A DNA stretch of 64,000 nt from Candidatus Omnitrophota bacterium (GCA_030681595.1 JAUXSB010000003.1:159207-223206); one strand, 5' to 3'. Numbered from the stretch's first letter, positions 36,493 to 46,252 are shown. The notes: generated by a model not told the origin, from the letters alone. Numbers and translations: made by a program.

Positions 36493-37233
36493 CTACATAA
36501 CCATACCACCATCAACCACAATTACCTGGCCTGTAATATAATCCGAATCGCCGCCTGCTAAAAACAGGCATGTTTTGGCTACATCTTGCGCCGTGCCAAA
36601 CTTACCCAAAGGGATATTTTTCAACATCTTTTCCTTTATATCTTCGGGAAGTTTTGCGGTCATATCCGTCTGGATAAACCCCGGCGCAACTGCATTAACA
36701 CAGATATTACGCAGAGCCAGTTCTTTTGCCGTTGACTTTGTAAAACCAATGATACCTGCCTTAGATGCCGCATAATTGGCCTGCCCAATATTGCCGATCA
36801 GGCCGATAATAGAGGCAATATTTACAATCTTACCCTGCCTCTGTTTTATCATTACCTTTGAGACAGACTTAGTAACATTAAATGTGCCTTTTAAATTTAC
36901 ATTTAGCACTAAATCCCAGTCTGACTCGGACATCCGCAGTAAAAGACCATCGCGGGTAATCCCCGCATTGTTAACTAATATATCAATCTTGCCGAATTTG
37001 TCAAGGATTTTGTTTACCATTTCCTCAACTTGGGCAGAATTAGTCACATCTACTTTAAGGCCAATGGCTTTCTTGCCAAGCGCTTCAATATCTTTAGCAG
37101 TTATTTCTGCTGATTCAAGATTTACGTCGCAGATAGCGATATCCGCGCCTTCTTGGGCAAAAAGCAGGGCAATTTCTCTGCCGATCCCCCGGCCAGCGCC
37201 GGTAATTAAAACAACTTTGTCTTTTAGACGCAT
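36493..37233 (-). CDS. fabG: 3-oxoacyl-ACP reductase.
   Basis: SDR family (TGAGRGIG; YAASKAG). Confidence 0.9.
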   Translation of the reverse strand: MRLKDKVVLITGAGRGIGREIALLFAQEGADIAICDVNLESAEITAKDIEALGKKAIGLKVDVTNSAQVEEMVNKILDKFGKIDILVNNAGITRDGLLLRMSESDWDLVLNVNLKGTFNVTKSVSKVMIKQRQGKIVNIASIIGLIGNIGQANYAASKAGIIGFTKSTAKELALRNICVNAVAPGFIQTDMTAKLPEDIKEKMLKNIPLGKFGTAQDVAKTCLFLAGGDSDYITGQVIVVDGGMVM

Positions 37234-37254
37234 TTTAACCTCACTCCATTAAAA

Positions 37255-37303
37255 GTAACCAGAAACCAGATACCGGTAACCAGAAAAAAATTCTGGTATA
37301 TGG
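37255..37303. repeat. GTAACCA/CTGGTTAC heptad element, family 4 (gtaaccagaaaccagataccggtaaccag..ctggtat), in the fabD-fabG spacer.
   Basis: Related to 41585-41643 through the shared AACCAGATACC and GGTTAC repeats. Confidence 0.6.
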
Positions 37304-37320
37304 CAACTGAAAACTGGCTT

Positions 37321-38259
37321 CTAATTTAAAATGTCTTCCGCCTTTTCTATATTCGCTACCTCTAAACTTGGTTCTATTTTCCTTAAAATACCTTTGAGGG
37401 TCTTACCCGGCCCAATCTCAAAAAATCTCTTTACCCCTTGCGCCAACATAAAACGTACCGAATCCTCCCAAAGCACCGAAGATTTTACCTGTAAAGCAAG
37501 CTTTGCGCGCATGTCCTCAATTGAGACAAACGGCTTAGCCGTAACATTGCTAATTACCTCGGGATGTGGCATCCTAAAAGCGGTTTTTTCTAGAATTCCC
37601 CCCAACTTTATGCTTGCTTCTTCCATTAATGTAGAATGGAATGCGCCGCTGATCCCCAATTCTATCAGGCGCTTTGCGCCTTTTGCTTGGGCCAAAACAG
37701 AGAATTTATCTACATTTTCTACGTTACCGGTAACCACCACCTGTCCCGGGCAATTAAGATTAGCGATTTCGTTTCCCGCCTCTTTAGATAAATTCTTTAC
37801 CGTTTCCAAATCAAGGCCTAGCACTGCCACCATTTTACCGGGATATTTTTGTGCAGCTTGGCTCATCAGTTCTGAACGCTTTTTAACCAATACGAGTGCA
37901 TCGTCAAACTTTATCGCCCCGCAGGCAACCAATGCCGAATATTCCCCTAAACTTAGGCCCGCAGCATACCTGACACCTGCCTGTCCCACCACAGGTGGGG
38001 ACACTTGACACTTAACACTTGTCTTCAGCGCTTCAAATGCGGCAATACTCGTTACTAAAATTGCGAGCTGGCAATTATTAGTTTGAGTAAGCGCATCCAA
38101 TGGGCCATCAAAACATAATTTAGACAAATTAAAACCTAAAACTTCATCTGCTCTGTCAAAGACCTGTTTTGCTTGAAGATATCTCTCATATAAATCCCTG
38201 CCCATACCCACATATTGCGCGCCTTGGCCGGGAAAAATATAAGCAATGTTTTCTACCAT
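37321..38259 (-). CDS. fabD: Malonyl-CoA:ACP transacylase.
   Basis: GLSLGEYSAL active-site motif. Confidence 0.9.
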   Translation of the reverse strand: MVENIAYIFPGQGAQYVGMGRDLYERYLQAKQVFDRADEVLGFNLSKLCFDGPLDALTQTNNCQLAILVTSIAAFEALKTSVKCQVSPPVVGQAGVRYAAGLSLGEYSALVACGAIKFDDALVLVKKRSELMSQAAQKYPGKMVAVLGLDLETVKNLSKEAGNEIANLNCPGQVVVTGNVENVDKFSVLAQAKGAKRLIELGISGAFHSTLMEEASIKLGGILEKTAFRMPHPEVISNVTAKPFVSIEDMRAKLALQVKSSVLWEDSVRFMLAQGVKRFFEIGPGKTLKGILRKIEPSLEVANIEKAEDILN

Positions 38260-39239
38260 ATAATTACCATAGCGCCCCAGACAAGCCCTGCGCCGAAGGC
38301 ATCTAACACCACCACATTACCTTTTTTAATCCGGCCGGACTCTACAGCTTCGCAGAGCGCAACTGCCGTTGAGGCAGAAGACATATTTCCGTATTTTTCA
38401 ATATTAAAATAAATTTTTCCCAGAGGAAGCCCGGTCTTTTTGGCTACCGCTAAAAGGATCCGCATATTTGCCTGATGCGGAATAAAAATATCCGTATCTT
38501 TACAGCTTAAGCCCACCTGATGCAAGGCTTTATCGGCGGCTTCGCTCATCGCTCTTACCGCCACCTTAAACAATTCGTTACCTTGCATATGCACAAAATG
38601 TAATTTATTGGCAATCGTCTTTTTGCTGGGAGGCAGGCGTGAGCCTCCCGCAGGTAAGGTCAATAAATCAGAAGAGCTGCCGTCTGCGGCTAAATATGTA
38701 GAGACTATCCCGCCGCTTTTTACCGGCGCTAAAACACAAGCTCCCGCGCCGTCTCCAAACAAAACACAGGTATTACGGTCTTTCCAGTTAGTGATCGCGG
38801 AAAGTTTCTCTGCGCCGACAACCAAAGCATTTTTATACGCGCCGGACAAAATGAATTTTTCCGCGGTACTTAAAGCGTAGACAAATCCGGCACAGGCAGC
38901 GCTAATATCAAAACAAACGGCCTTTTCTGCGCCGAGCGCCTTCTGTACCAAACAGGCGGTTGAAGGAAACTGCATATCCGGTGTAATCGTCGCCACAATA
39001 ATTAATTCCAAATCTTTAGGCCTTACGCCCGCTTTCTTTAAGGCTTTTTTTGCCGCCGCGACCGCTAAATCGCTGGTGGCTTCATTGCTTGCCGCAATCC
39101 GCCTCTGTTTTATGCCGGTACGAGTAATAATCCATTCGTCGGAGGTATCTACCATCTTCTCTAAATCAGTATTTGTAAGCACCTTTTTCGGCAGATAGCT
39201 CCCTACGCCGACAATACCAACTTTCTTTGTTTTAAGCAT
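38253..39239 (-). CDS. fabH: 3-oxoacyl-ACP synthase III.
   Basis: KAS III-type active-site Cys (..AACAGF..) and a size and context that fit fabH. Confidence 0.9.
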   Translation of the reverse strand: MLKTKKVGIVGVGSYLPKKVLTNTDLEKMVDTSDEWIITRTGIKQRRIAASNEATSDLAVAAAKKALKKAGVRPKDLELIIVATITPDMQFPSTACLVQKALGAEKAVCFDISAACAGFVYALSTAEKFILSGAYKNALVVGAEKLSAITNWKDRNTCVLFGDGAGACVLAPVKSGGIVSTYLAADGSSSDLLTLPAGGSRLPPSKKTIANKLHFVHMQGNELFKVAVRAMSEAADKALHQVGLSCKDTDIFIPHQANMRILLAVAKKTGLPLGKIYFNIEKYGNMSSASTAVALCEAVESGRIKKGNVVVLDAFGAGLVWGAMVIIW

Positions 39240-39254
39240 CTACCCCTCTTTTAA

Positions 39255-40259
39255 TTATCTTGAAACGACCAGGTTTCTCTGAATCGCCTCTATAATTCTA
39301 TCGTTTACCTTGCGTTCTACTTCTTCTTTTGCCACTCTCACCGCGTTCTTTACGGCTTTGGAATTTGAACGTCCGTGGCTGATAATTACTATCCCATCCA
39401 CCCCTAAAAGCGGCGCGCCGCCATATTCGGAATAATCCATCGCCTTCTTAAATCTTTTTAGGCCGCTTTTTAACAATAAAACGCCTAATTTAGTGGCTAA
39501 ATTCCGCATCAACTCGCGGTATAAAAATACGCTGATAGTCTCAGCTAAGCCTTCGGAAACTTTCAAAATCGCGTTACCGACAAAACCATCACAGATAATA
39601 ATATCACAGGCGCCGGAAAATATATCCCTGCCTTCTACATTACCGATAAAATTAAGCTTGGTTTTCTCTAAAAGCGTAAATGTCTCCTTAATAAAATCCG
39701 TACCCTTGCCTTCTTCCTCTCCGACATTTAATAACCCCACAGAAGGATTCTCTTTCCTTAAGATATGGCGGCAATAGGCATCGCTCATGATCGCATAATG
39801 CAGCAGATGCAACGGCTTAGGGTCTATATTTGCGCCGACATCTATTAAGAGTGAAACCCCTCTTAAAGTAGGAACGATAACGGAAATCCCCGGCCGCTCA
39901 ATTCCGGAAAGCATCCTTAAAGAAAGCGTGGCGGCGCAGACTACGGCGCCGGTGTTCCCGGCGCTGACAAAGGCATCAGCCTTGCCTTCTTTAAGCAGGC
40001 CTATACCCTTAACAATGGAAGAATCCCGTTTTTTACGCACGCTTGAAGCGGCAGGCTCATGCATCTCAATCACTTCTTCGGTATGATAAATTTCAACACT
40101 CAAGCCGCTGGTATTATGCTTAGAAACTTCCCGTTTTATCTTCTCGGCATCGCCAATTAAAACTATGCCGATACCATATTCTTGGGCAGCCTGTAACGCG
40201 CCTTCAACCACTATCGAAGGGCCGTGATCGCCCCCCATGGCATCAACTACTATTTTCAT
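39255..40259 (-). CDS. plsX: Phosphate acyltransferase PlsX.
   Basis: MKIVVDAMGGDHGP N-terminus. Confidence 0.9.
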   Translation of the reverse strand: MKIVVDAMGGDHGPSIVVEGALQAAQEYGIGIVLIGDAEKIKREVSKHNTSGLSVEIYHTEEVIEMHEPAASSVRKKRDSSIVKGIGLLKEGKADAFVSAGNTGAVVCAATLSLRMLSGIERPGISVIVPTLRGVSLLIDVGANIDPKPLHLLHYAIMSDAYCRHILRKENPSVGLLNVGEEEGKGTDFIKETFTLLEKTKLNFIGNVEGRDIFSGACDIIICDGFVGNAILKVSEGLAETISVFLYRELMRNLATKLGVLLLKSGLKRFKKAMDYSEYGGAPLLGVDGIVIISHGRSNSKAVKNAVRVAKEEVERKVNDRIIEAIQRNLVVSR

Positions 40260-40275
40260 ATCAGTTTGTTTTGCT

Positions 40276-40336
40276 GGCTTATTAGTTTATTGCTTGTCAA
40301 AGCGCTATCCGGCCAAGCAATAAACTGTTTAACTAA
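40276..40336. repeat. Long imperfect palindrome (CTTATTAGTTTATTGCTTG ... CAAGCAATAAACtgtttAACTAATAAG) between rpmF and plsX.
   Basis: Inverted repeat visible directly in the sequence. It is a possible terminator or processing stem. Confidence 0.5.
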
Positions 40337-40340
40337 TAAG

Positions 40341-40541
40341 TTATTTTGCTTTCTTTTCTTCTTTTTCTTTTATTTCAACAACCTGTTTTCCGTTATAATA
40401 TCCACAGACAGGACATATCCGATGCGGAAACTTCGGCTGTTTGCACTGAGGGCAAACATTTAATATAATTGGTTTTACTTTTTTATGTGCCCTCTTCTTT
40501 AATGTCCTTGCTCTGGAAAACCTTTGTTTTGGTAATGGCAT
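40341..40541 (-). CDS. rpmF: 50S ribosomal protein L32.
   Basis: CPQCKQPKFPHRICPVCGYY zinc ribbon, upstream of plsX. Confidence 0.9.
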   Translation of the reverse strand: MPLPKQRFSRARTLKKRAHKKVKPIILNVCPQCKQPKFPHRICPVCGYYNGKQVVEIKEKEEKKAK

Positions 40542-40661
40542 TTCTTCACTCCTCTCTTCGTTCAGAAATTAAAAATTAAATATCAAATATAAAAAATTTA
40601 ACTAACTGTTTTAATCCTTAAATTATGTTTTTTCCCGCAAAATGCGGGAAATATTTGGTTT

Positions 40662-41081
40662 TTAACTTTTACTATTACAATCACATCTTCCTTTATTTAA
40701 GTCCTCCCCGCATTTCTGGCACAAGCCTTTACAATCCGGTTTACAGAGAGGATTTAAACTATAAGTAAGTATAATTTCGCTGCGTAAATCTTCGGTTAAA
40801 TCAATCACGGTATCGTTTCTGCCTACCGTATAATCAAAAGCTATCTTGCGCCTTAAATCCTGCGGATATTCCAGCAGGCAGCGGGAACACGTTACCATAA
40901 GCGGAAGAAAAAGCTCTCCCTTTATGATTGCTGTATCGTTCTTCTTTTCAGCACTCAGGTTGACCTCAAGCATGCCCGCGAATTCAACATCAGGCATCTC
41001 CAAATCCAAAGCCTGGGGCGCACATTTCTCGCTTAGCGCGATAACATTATCCTTAGAAAGCTTGCTGATATCTATCTTCAT
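40662..41081 (-). CDS. yceD: YceD/DUF177 family protein (23S rRNA accumulation protein).
   Basis: C-terminal Cys-rich tail and its classic position upstream of rpmF. Confidence 0.7.
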   Translation of the reverse strand: MKIDISKLSKDNVIALSEKCAPQALDLEMPDVEFAGMLEVNLSAEKKNDTAIIKGELFLPLMVTCSRCLLEYPQDLRRKIAFDYTVGRNDTVIDLTEDLRSEIILTYSLNPLCKPDCKGLCQKCGEDLNKGRCDCNSKS

Positions 41082-41560
41082 TTTCCAAGGCGTATTTTTA
41101 GGCGGTCTTCAATATCTGCAGGCAGGAAACTGGAGAGGTCGGCCCCTAAGCTGCCGGCTTCTTTTAGTAATTTAGAAGAAATATAACTGTAACTCTCGGA
41201 TGGCATAAGGAATATTGTTTCTAAATCAGGCGCGATTTTTCTGTTAGTTAATGCCATCTGGAACTCATATTCAAAATCCGAAAGCATCCTTAATCCACGG
41301 ATAATCACCTTTATTTTATTTTCACGGGCAAAATTTACGGCCAAACCCTTAAAAGAAGTTACTTTAACTCCGTCAAATTGCTTGGTTGCGCTCTTAAGCA
41401 TCTTTACCCTTTCTGAAACAGAAAAGAGTGGTTTTTTCTGAGCATTATCCGCAACTGCCACAATAAGTTCGGGAAAAATCTTTAATGCCCTCTCAATAAC
41501 ATCAATATGGCCGTAAGTTACGGGATCAAAAGTACCGGGGTATATTGCTTTTTGACACAT
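41078..41560 (-). CDS. coaD: Phosphopantetheine adenylyltransferase.
   Basis: YPGTFDPVTYGHIDV motif. Confidence 0.9.
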   Translation of the reverse strand: MCQKAIYPGTFDPVTYGHIDVIERALKIFPELIVAVADNAQKKPLFSVSERVKMLKSATKQFDGVKVTSFKGLAVNFARENKIKVIIRGLRMLSDFEYEFQMALTNRKIAPDLETIFLMPSESYSYISSKLLKEAGSLGADLSSFLPADIEDRLKIRLGK

Positions 41561-41584
41561 ACATCCTCACTTTGTTCGGAAAAA

Positions 41585-41643
41585 ACCAGATACCTGTTTC
41601 CAGACACCGGAATATATAAATCTGGTTACTGGTTACTGGTTAC
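41585..41643. repeat. Family 4 heptad element (aaccagatacctgtttccag...ctGGTTACTGGTTACTGGTTAC), overlapping the rsmD stop.
   Basis: TGGTTAC x3 tandem array. Related to 37255-37303. Confidence 0.65.
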
Positions 41644-42177
41644 TTTTTGATATAAAGATAATAGCGTATCTCCGTATTTGTATTGCTTAAAAAGCGTAAA
41701 ATCACCTGATTTTTCCGGCAGGAAGTCCTTTTTAAAATGTTGAACCAAGATAAAACCGGAAGGCGTTAATATATCATAAGCAGCCAATGTTTGCAAGGTT
41801 TTTTTTGCCATATCCTGATAATAAGGCGGATCCATAAAAATAATGTCGAACTTCCGGCCTTCTTTACTCAAGCGCGCTAAAGCCTGCTGGGTATCCAAGC
41901 CGATAAGGCTGTATCCTGCTTCGCCCAGTAAAGAAAAATTATCCTTAATTATCTTTATGCATTCCGGGTCTTTTTCTACAAGCACCAATTCTTTAACCCC
42001 CTGCGATAAGGCCTCAATGCCAATTGCCCCTGAACCCGCAAATAGCTCTAAAAAAGACAATCCCTCGATGCCGCCTAATATATCAAATAAAGCCTTCCTC
42101 ACCTTATCCTGGCTAGGCCTTATCTCTTTGGGCATTTTAATCACCCTGCCTTTATATTTTCCGGAAATTACACGCAT
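41626..42177 (-). CDS. rsmD: 16S rRNA (guanine966-N2)-methyltransferase RsmD.
   Basis: SAM-binding motif LFAGSGAIGIEALSQG and the DPPY motif. Confidence 0.85.
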   Translation of the reverse strand: MRVISGKYKGRVIKMPKEIRPSQDKVRKALFDILGGIEGLSFLELFAGSGAIGIEALSQGVKELVLVEKDPECIKIIKDNFSLLGEAGYSLIGLDTQQALARLSKEGRKFDIIFMDPPYYQDMAKKTLQTLAAYDILTPSGFILVQHFKKDFLPEKSGDFTLFKQYKYGDTLLSLYQKVTSNQ

Positions 42178-42196
42178 ATATTTAGCTACCTTCCCG

Positions 42197-44272
42197 TCAA
42201 CCTACCGTCATCAATTCTTCATACTCTGGAAAACGCTTCTTAAGTATTTCTCTCAATGCCAGATTTTGACGCTCTGCCAAGAAAGGATCGGCCCGCAGCA
42301 ATTTATACGCTTCTTCTCTTGCATCTTTCAGCAAATGCATCTGAGTCAAAGGGTTAGCGATCCTTAACTCGCTTAAACCATGCTGGCGATGCCCGAAAAA
42401 TTCACCCGGGCCCCTGATTTTTAAGTCTTCTTCGGAAATCTTAAAGCCATCGGACAAACTGGCAATCGCCCGCATCCTCTCCCTTGCGTCATCATTCTTA
42501 GGGTTAGCTATAAGTAAACAATAAGACTCCCAGGCCCCCCTGCCAATCCTGCCCCTTAACTGATGTAACTGCGTTAAGCCGAAACAATCCGCTTCTTCAA
42601 TAAGCATAACCGAAGCGTTAGCCACATCTATCCCCACTTCTAATACCGTGGTTGCCACTAAGACATTAATTTCGCCCCGCTTAAAATCCGACATTACCCT
42701 ATCCTGCTCATCCTGCCTTAACCTGCCATGCACCAAGCCAACCTTAAATCCCTTAAATATCTCCTGCGCTTGCCGATAAACCTCTAGAACAGAATAAGCC
42801 CCGGAAAATTCCGCCTCTTCTATCTTAGGGCAGACTATATAAGCCTGCCTGCCTTCCTTAATTTTTTCTTCAATAATTTTATAGGCTTCTTTACGCTTAT
42901 CCGGGCTGTAAAGTATCGTCTTGGGCAGAATCCTTCCTTTAGGCAATTCATCCAGCACGGAAATATCCAGATCCCCATAAATAGTCATAGATAACGTACG
43001 CGGTATAGGGGTTGCAGTCATAATTAGGCAATCGGGGTTATTACCTTTTTTTGGCAAAAGCGCGCGCTGGCCCACCCCAAACTTATGCTGCTCATCAATA
43101 ATTACCAAGCCTAAATTTTTAAACCTTACGCTTTCCTCTAAGAGGCTATGCGTACCAATAACAAAATCTATTCTACCCTCGGCTATCTCGTTATAAATCT
43201 TTTCTTTCTCGCCTTTCTTCAGGCTGCCTGCAAGTAACGAAACTTTCAATTTTATATTTTTAATTTTTGATATCTGCTGCTGGATATTGATATAGTGCTG
43301 TTTAGCCAAAATTTCCGTGGGGGCCATAAAGGCAGCCTGGTAACCCCCATCAAAAGCAATTGCCGAAGCAAGGAATGCGACTGCCGTCTTGCCGGAGCCT
43401 ACTTCGCCCTGAAGCAACCTCTGCATAGGCGAGGAAACAGACATATCTTTTTTAATTTCAAGGAGCGCCCTTTCCTGCGCAGAAGTGAGGCTAAAAGGTA
43501 AATTTTGAATAAGGGAACTAAAAACAGGCCCGCCTATTTTATGAATCACTCCTTTTTTTTGGGTACGCTTCATCTTACGCATAATAATCGGAATTTGATA
43601 TAAAAAAAATTCTTCGAAAGCAAGCCGGCGATAAACCTCTTTCTGGGCTGCCTCATCAGGAGGAAAATGAATATAGATAAGGCTTTTCGCCAAGTTTAAG
43701 AGATTGTGCCTTTTTCTTATGTCGTAAGGGAGGCCTTCGGATATTTTGGGGATAAATTTATCCAGCAGGCTTTTGATTAGCTTACGAAAATACCTCTGGG
43801 TTATGCCTTCGGCCAGGCTATAGACTGGGATTATCGGATCTAAATTTAAAGCCGCATCTTTTAATATTTCGAATTCCACGGGCTCCATCTGCAGGCGCCC
43901 ATGATAGCTTTCTATGCGCCCGTAAAGGATAACTTCTATCCCCGGCTTGAAATAATTTTTCAGATACGGCTGGTTAAACCATACACAGTAAATTTTACCT
44001 GTCTCATCCCCAAAGGCTACTTCTAATATACTAAAACCTTTCTTTCTCCATGAGCTCCTTTGGCCAGAGGCTAAAACCTTTGCTTTTATGACCTGAGATT
44101 CTCCCGGTTTAAGCTGGGATATCGCAACGGCCTTACTGCGATTAAGATAACGCCTGGGAAAATAATAAAGCATATCTTCGGCGGTTTTGATGCCTATTTT
44201 TCCTAATAATTCCGACTTTTTAGGCCCTACGCCTTTAAGGTAACGCACTAAAATATTTAGCGTCTCTTCCAT
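42197..44272 (-). CDS. recG: ATP-dependent DNA helicase RecG.
   Basis: Wedge/OB N-domain and SF2 helicase motifs (GEVGSGKT, DEQHKFG). Confidence 0.9.
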   Translation of the reverse strand: MEETLNILVRYLKGVGPKKSELLGKIGIKTAEDMLYYFPRRYLNRSKAVAISQLKPGESQVIKAKVLASGQRSSWRKKGFSILEVAFGDETGKIYCVWFNQPYLKNYFKPGIEVILYGRIESYHGRLQMEPVEFEILKDAALNLDPIIPVYSLAEGITQRYFRKLIKSLLDKFIPKISEGLPYDIRKRHNLLNLAKSLIYIHFPPDEAAQKEVYRRLAFEEFFLYQIPIIMRKMKRTQKKGVIHKIGGPVFSSLIQNLPFSLTSAQERALLEIKKDMSVSSPMQRLLQGEVGSGKTAVAFLASAIAFDGGYQAAFMAPTEILAKQHYINIQQQISKIKNIKLKVSLLAGSLKKGEKEKIYNEIAEGRIDFVIGTHSLLEESVRFKNLGLVIIDEQHKFGVGQRALLPKKGNNPDCLIMTATPIPRTLSMTIYGDLDISVLDELPKGRILPKTILYSPDKRKEAYKIIEEKIKEGRQAYIVCPKIEEAEFSGAYSVLEVYRQAQEIFKGFKVGLVHGRLRQDEQDRVMSDFKRGEINVLVATTVLEVGIDVANASVMLIEEADCFGLTQLHQLRGRIGRGAWESYCLLIANPKNDDARERMRAIASLSDGFKISEEDLKIRGPGEFFGHRQHGLSELRIANPLTQMHLLKDAREEAYKLLRADPFLAERQNLALREILKKRFPEYEELMTVG

Positions 44273-44420
44273 CGCAAAAATATTATACTATAATATAAGT
44301 AAAATAAAAACAAAAATCAGAGGGTAATCCGAGGCTCGCCTGATTCAGGGTATGGTTGTTGGCGCAGAGGGTATTTTGGCCTGGGCGGAATTTCAGGCTA
44401 GGCTTTACCGGAGCTGACCG

Positions 44421-44657
44421 TTATTTCAAAAGAATATTAGATGACTGCGACTGTGATACTACTTCAAAACCGTTAAATTCCGGCATAGCGGGCATAGGGA
44501 TATCCTTTACTTCTGAATTAACCGTAACTTTATAAGTCAAAACTTCATCAACCGTAATCTCAAGCTTATCTACTTCTGCCTAAATAGAAATCTCTGCAAA
44601 GGCTAAAAAAACAAAAGAAAGCATAAAGGCTATCGTTAATATGCTTATTTTTCTCAT
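44421..44657 (-). pseudogene. Remnant of a BatD-like periplasmic protein. A signal peptide is followed by an in-frame TAG and then a short BatD-like N-terminal segment that stops after about 50 residues.
   Basis: MRKISILTIAFMLSFVFLAFAEISI-TAG-AEVDKLEITVDEVLTYKVTVNSEVKDIPMPAMPEFNGFEVVSQSQSSNILLK. The ...GFEVVSQSQSS... stretch is BatD-like. TAG is a genuine stop elsewhere (ricT, holB). Confidence 0.5.
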
Positions 44658-44671
44658 AATATTTTCTAAAA

Positions 44672-45130
44672 TTAATACTGCCCGGAGGTGGTGATCGCGC
44701 TGGTAAGGAGGTCTACGCGGACAAACCTGTTGAGGTTAACAGTAGTAGTAAATGCGGTATAAGGAAAAGCACCGGTTCTTCTATAGGCATAGGCGGCATT
44801 GCGCAGAGGAGCAACTCCGACGTTATCATAGACATAATAGCTAAACCAGGCGCGCGTTGCTACATTGGGGTTATCCATCATGATAATATTCCATGCCGCG
44901 TTGGTTGATAAAGGGGTTAAATCAGCGGTTAAATTAAAAGCGGGGTCCTCGGCCCGTCCTGTTTGAAACCCCCGGTATATTACCGAAAGCATAGCCTTTG
45001 CTTCTGCTCCCCGGGATCTCTCTACCGATACAAAATAACGGGATATACCCAGCGTGCTGAGTATCCCGACGATGACTAAGACGATAACCATCTCTATCAG
45101 GGTAAAGCTTTTTGTTTTTAGCATTATCAA
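44672..45130 (-). CDS. Type IV pilin / pseudopilin-like protein with a prepilin-type N-terminal methylation motif.
   Basis: KSFTLIEMVIVLVIVGILS hydrophobic N-terminus with a conserved Glu. The -1 residue is Ser, which is non-canonical. Confidence 0.6.
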   Translation of the reverse strand: MIMLKTKSFTLIEMVIVLVIVGILSTLGISRYFVSVERSRGAEAKAMLSVIYRGFQTGRAEDPAFNLTADLTPLSTNAAWNIIMMDNPNVATRAWFSYYVYDNVGVAPLRNAAYAYRRTGAFPYTAFTTTVNLNRFVRVDLLTSAITTSGQY

Positions 45131-45132
45131 AA

Positions 45133-45723
45133 TCAGGTATTTAAAGTAGGATTATTATCGGAAGCAGCTTTATCTGTTTTTACTATTGCCTTAGGCTCTG
45201 GCTGAACAGCTACGGGTTTACTCGGTGCTGCCTTTTCCTGATTAATCTCGGATAAGTGCCTTTCTAAATCGTCATATTGCTCTTTTAGGCCGTTGTATGC
45301 TTCATTTAAAGAAGAGATATCCTTATCTTTTTTTCTTAAAATATCGTTAAGGCTGCGGATTTCATTCACCTGCCTGTCTAAAAGGCTGCGGTTATCGCTT
45401 AACTGCTTATCTTTGGCGGCAATATCGGCCTTGAGCTTTTCAATAACTTTTTTGGCTTCAGCCTCTTCGGTATTTTTAGCTTCTATTTTTTTATTCTGTG
45501 CCTCTAATTTAGCTTTTAGGCTATTAAATTCATCTTCCATGCCTTTAAATTTCTCTATTTCTTCTTTTAAGGCGTCGTTTTTCTCTTTTGCCTGAGCAGT
45601 TACCTCTACAAGCATTTTGCTAAGCTCTGCTTGGCTCTTCTTATCTAAAGCAGACGCCTTGATGGATAAGAAAATAAGTATTATCAGAAAGATAGATAAG
45701 CCCGCGATAATTCCTAAAAACAT
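45133..45723 (-). CDS. Membrane-anchored coiled-coil protein of unknown function.
   Basis: One N-terminal TM helix followed by a heptad-rich, K/E-rich coiled coil of about 150 aa. Confidence 0.5.
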   Translation of the reverse strand: MFLGIIAGLSIFLIILIFLSIKASALDKKSQAELSKMLVEVTAQAKEKNDALKEEIEKFKGMEDEFNSLKAKLEAQNKKIEAKNTEEAEAKKVIEKLKADIAAKDKQLSDNRSLLDRQVNEIRSLNDILRKKDKDISSLNEAYNGLKEQYDDLERHLSEINQEKAAPSKPVAVQPEPKAIVKTDKAASDNNPTLNT

Positions 45724-45724
45724 T

Positions 45725-46030
45725 TTAACCTCTCAGTCTTAGTGCTACATCAAATAATGTCTTTACCAGAAAAATGCGTAAAAATACCAACAGCAAAAAA
45801 GCAATTAGCGGAGAAATATCCAAACCGAAACGAAGGTTTAAGGGAAGCATTTTTCTTATCGGATAAAGTATCGGTTCGGTAACTTTATATAAAAACTGGA
45901 CTATCGGATTATGGGGATCAGGATTTACCCAGCTTATTAAAGCCCTGATTAAAATAATCCAGTAAAGAGCATGCAGTAAAATATCTAATACTTGAGCGGC
46001 CGCATTAATAAAATTACTTATTACAAACAT
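45725..46030 (-). CDS. yggT: YggT/Ycf19-family membrane protein.
   Basis: Size of about 100 aa and a YggT-like two-TM pattern. Confidence 0.65.
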   Translation of the reverse strand: MFVISNFINAAAQVLDILLHALYWIILIRALISWVNPDPHNPIVQFLYKVTEPILYPIRKMLPLNLRFGLDISPLIAFLLLVFLRIFLVKTLFDVALRLRG

Positions 46031-46147
46031 ATTAGTTTAATTATACTCCAAGCTTATATTTAGTCAACGTAAAATATACATTAAAGTAACTGCCTCCGCC
46101 TGATTTCTCCTCAAAATAAGTCGAAATCAAAACGGCTGGGACAAAAA

Positions 46148-46172
46148 TAAAGCCACCCTTTCAGGTGGCCTT
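46148..46172 (-). terminator. Hairpin (GCCACC-TTTCAG-GTGGC, flanked by T and A runs) downstream of tRNA-Met.
   Basis: aaagccaccctttcaggtggccttattttt. Confidence 0.55.
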
Positions 46173-46177
46173 ATTTT

Positions 46178-46252
<75 letters not shown>

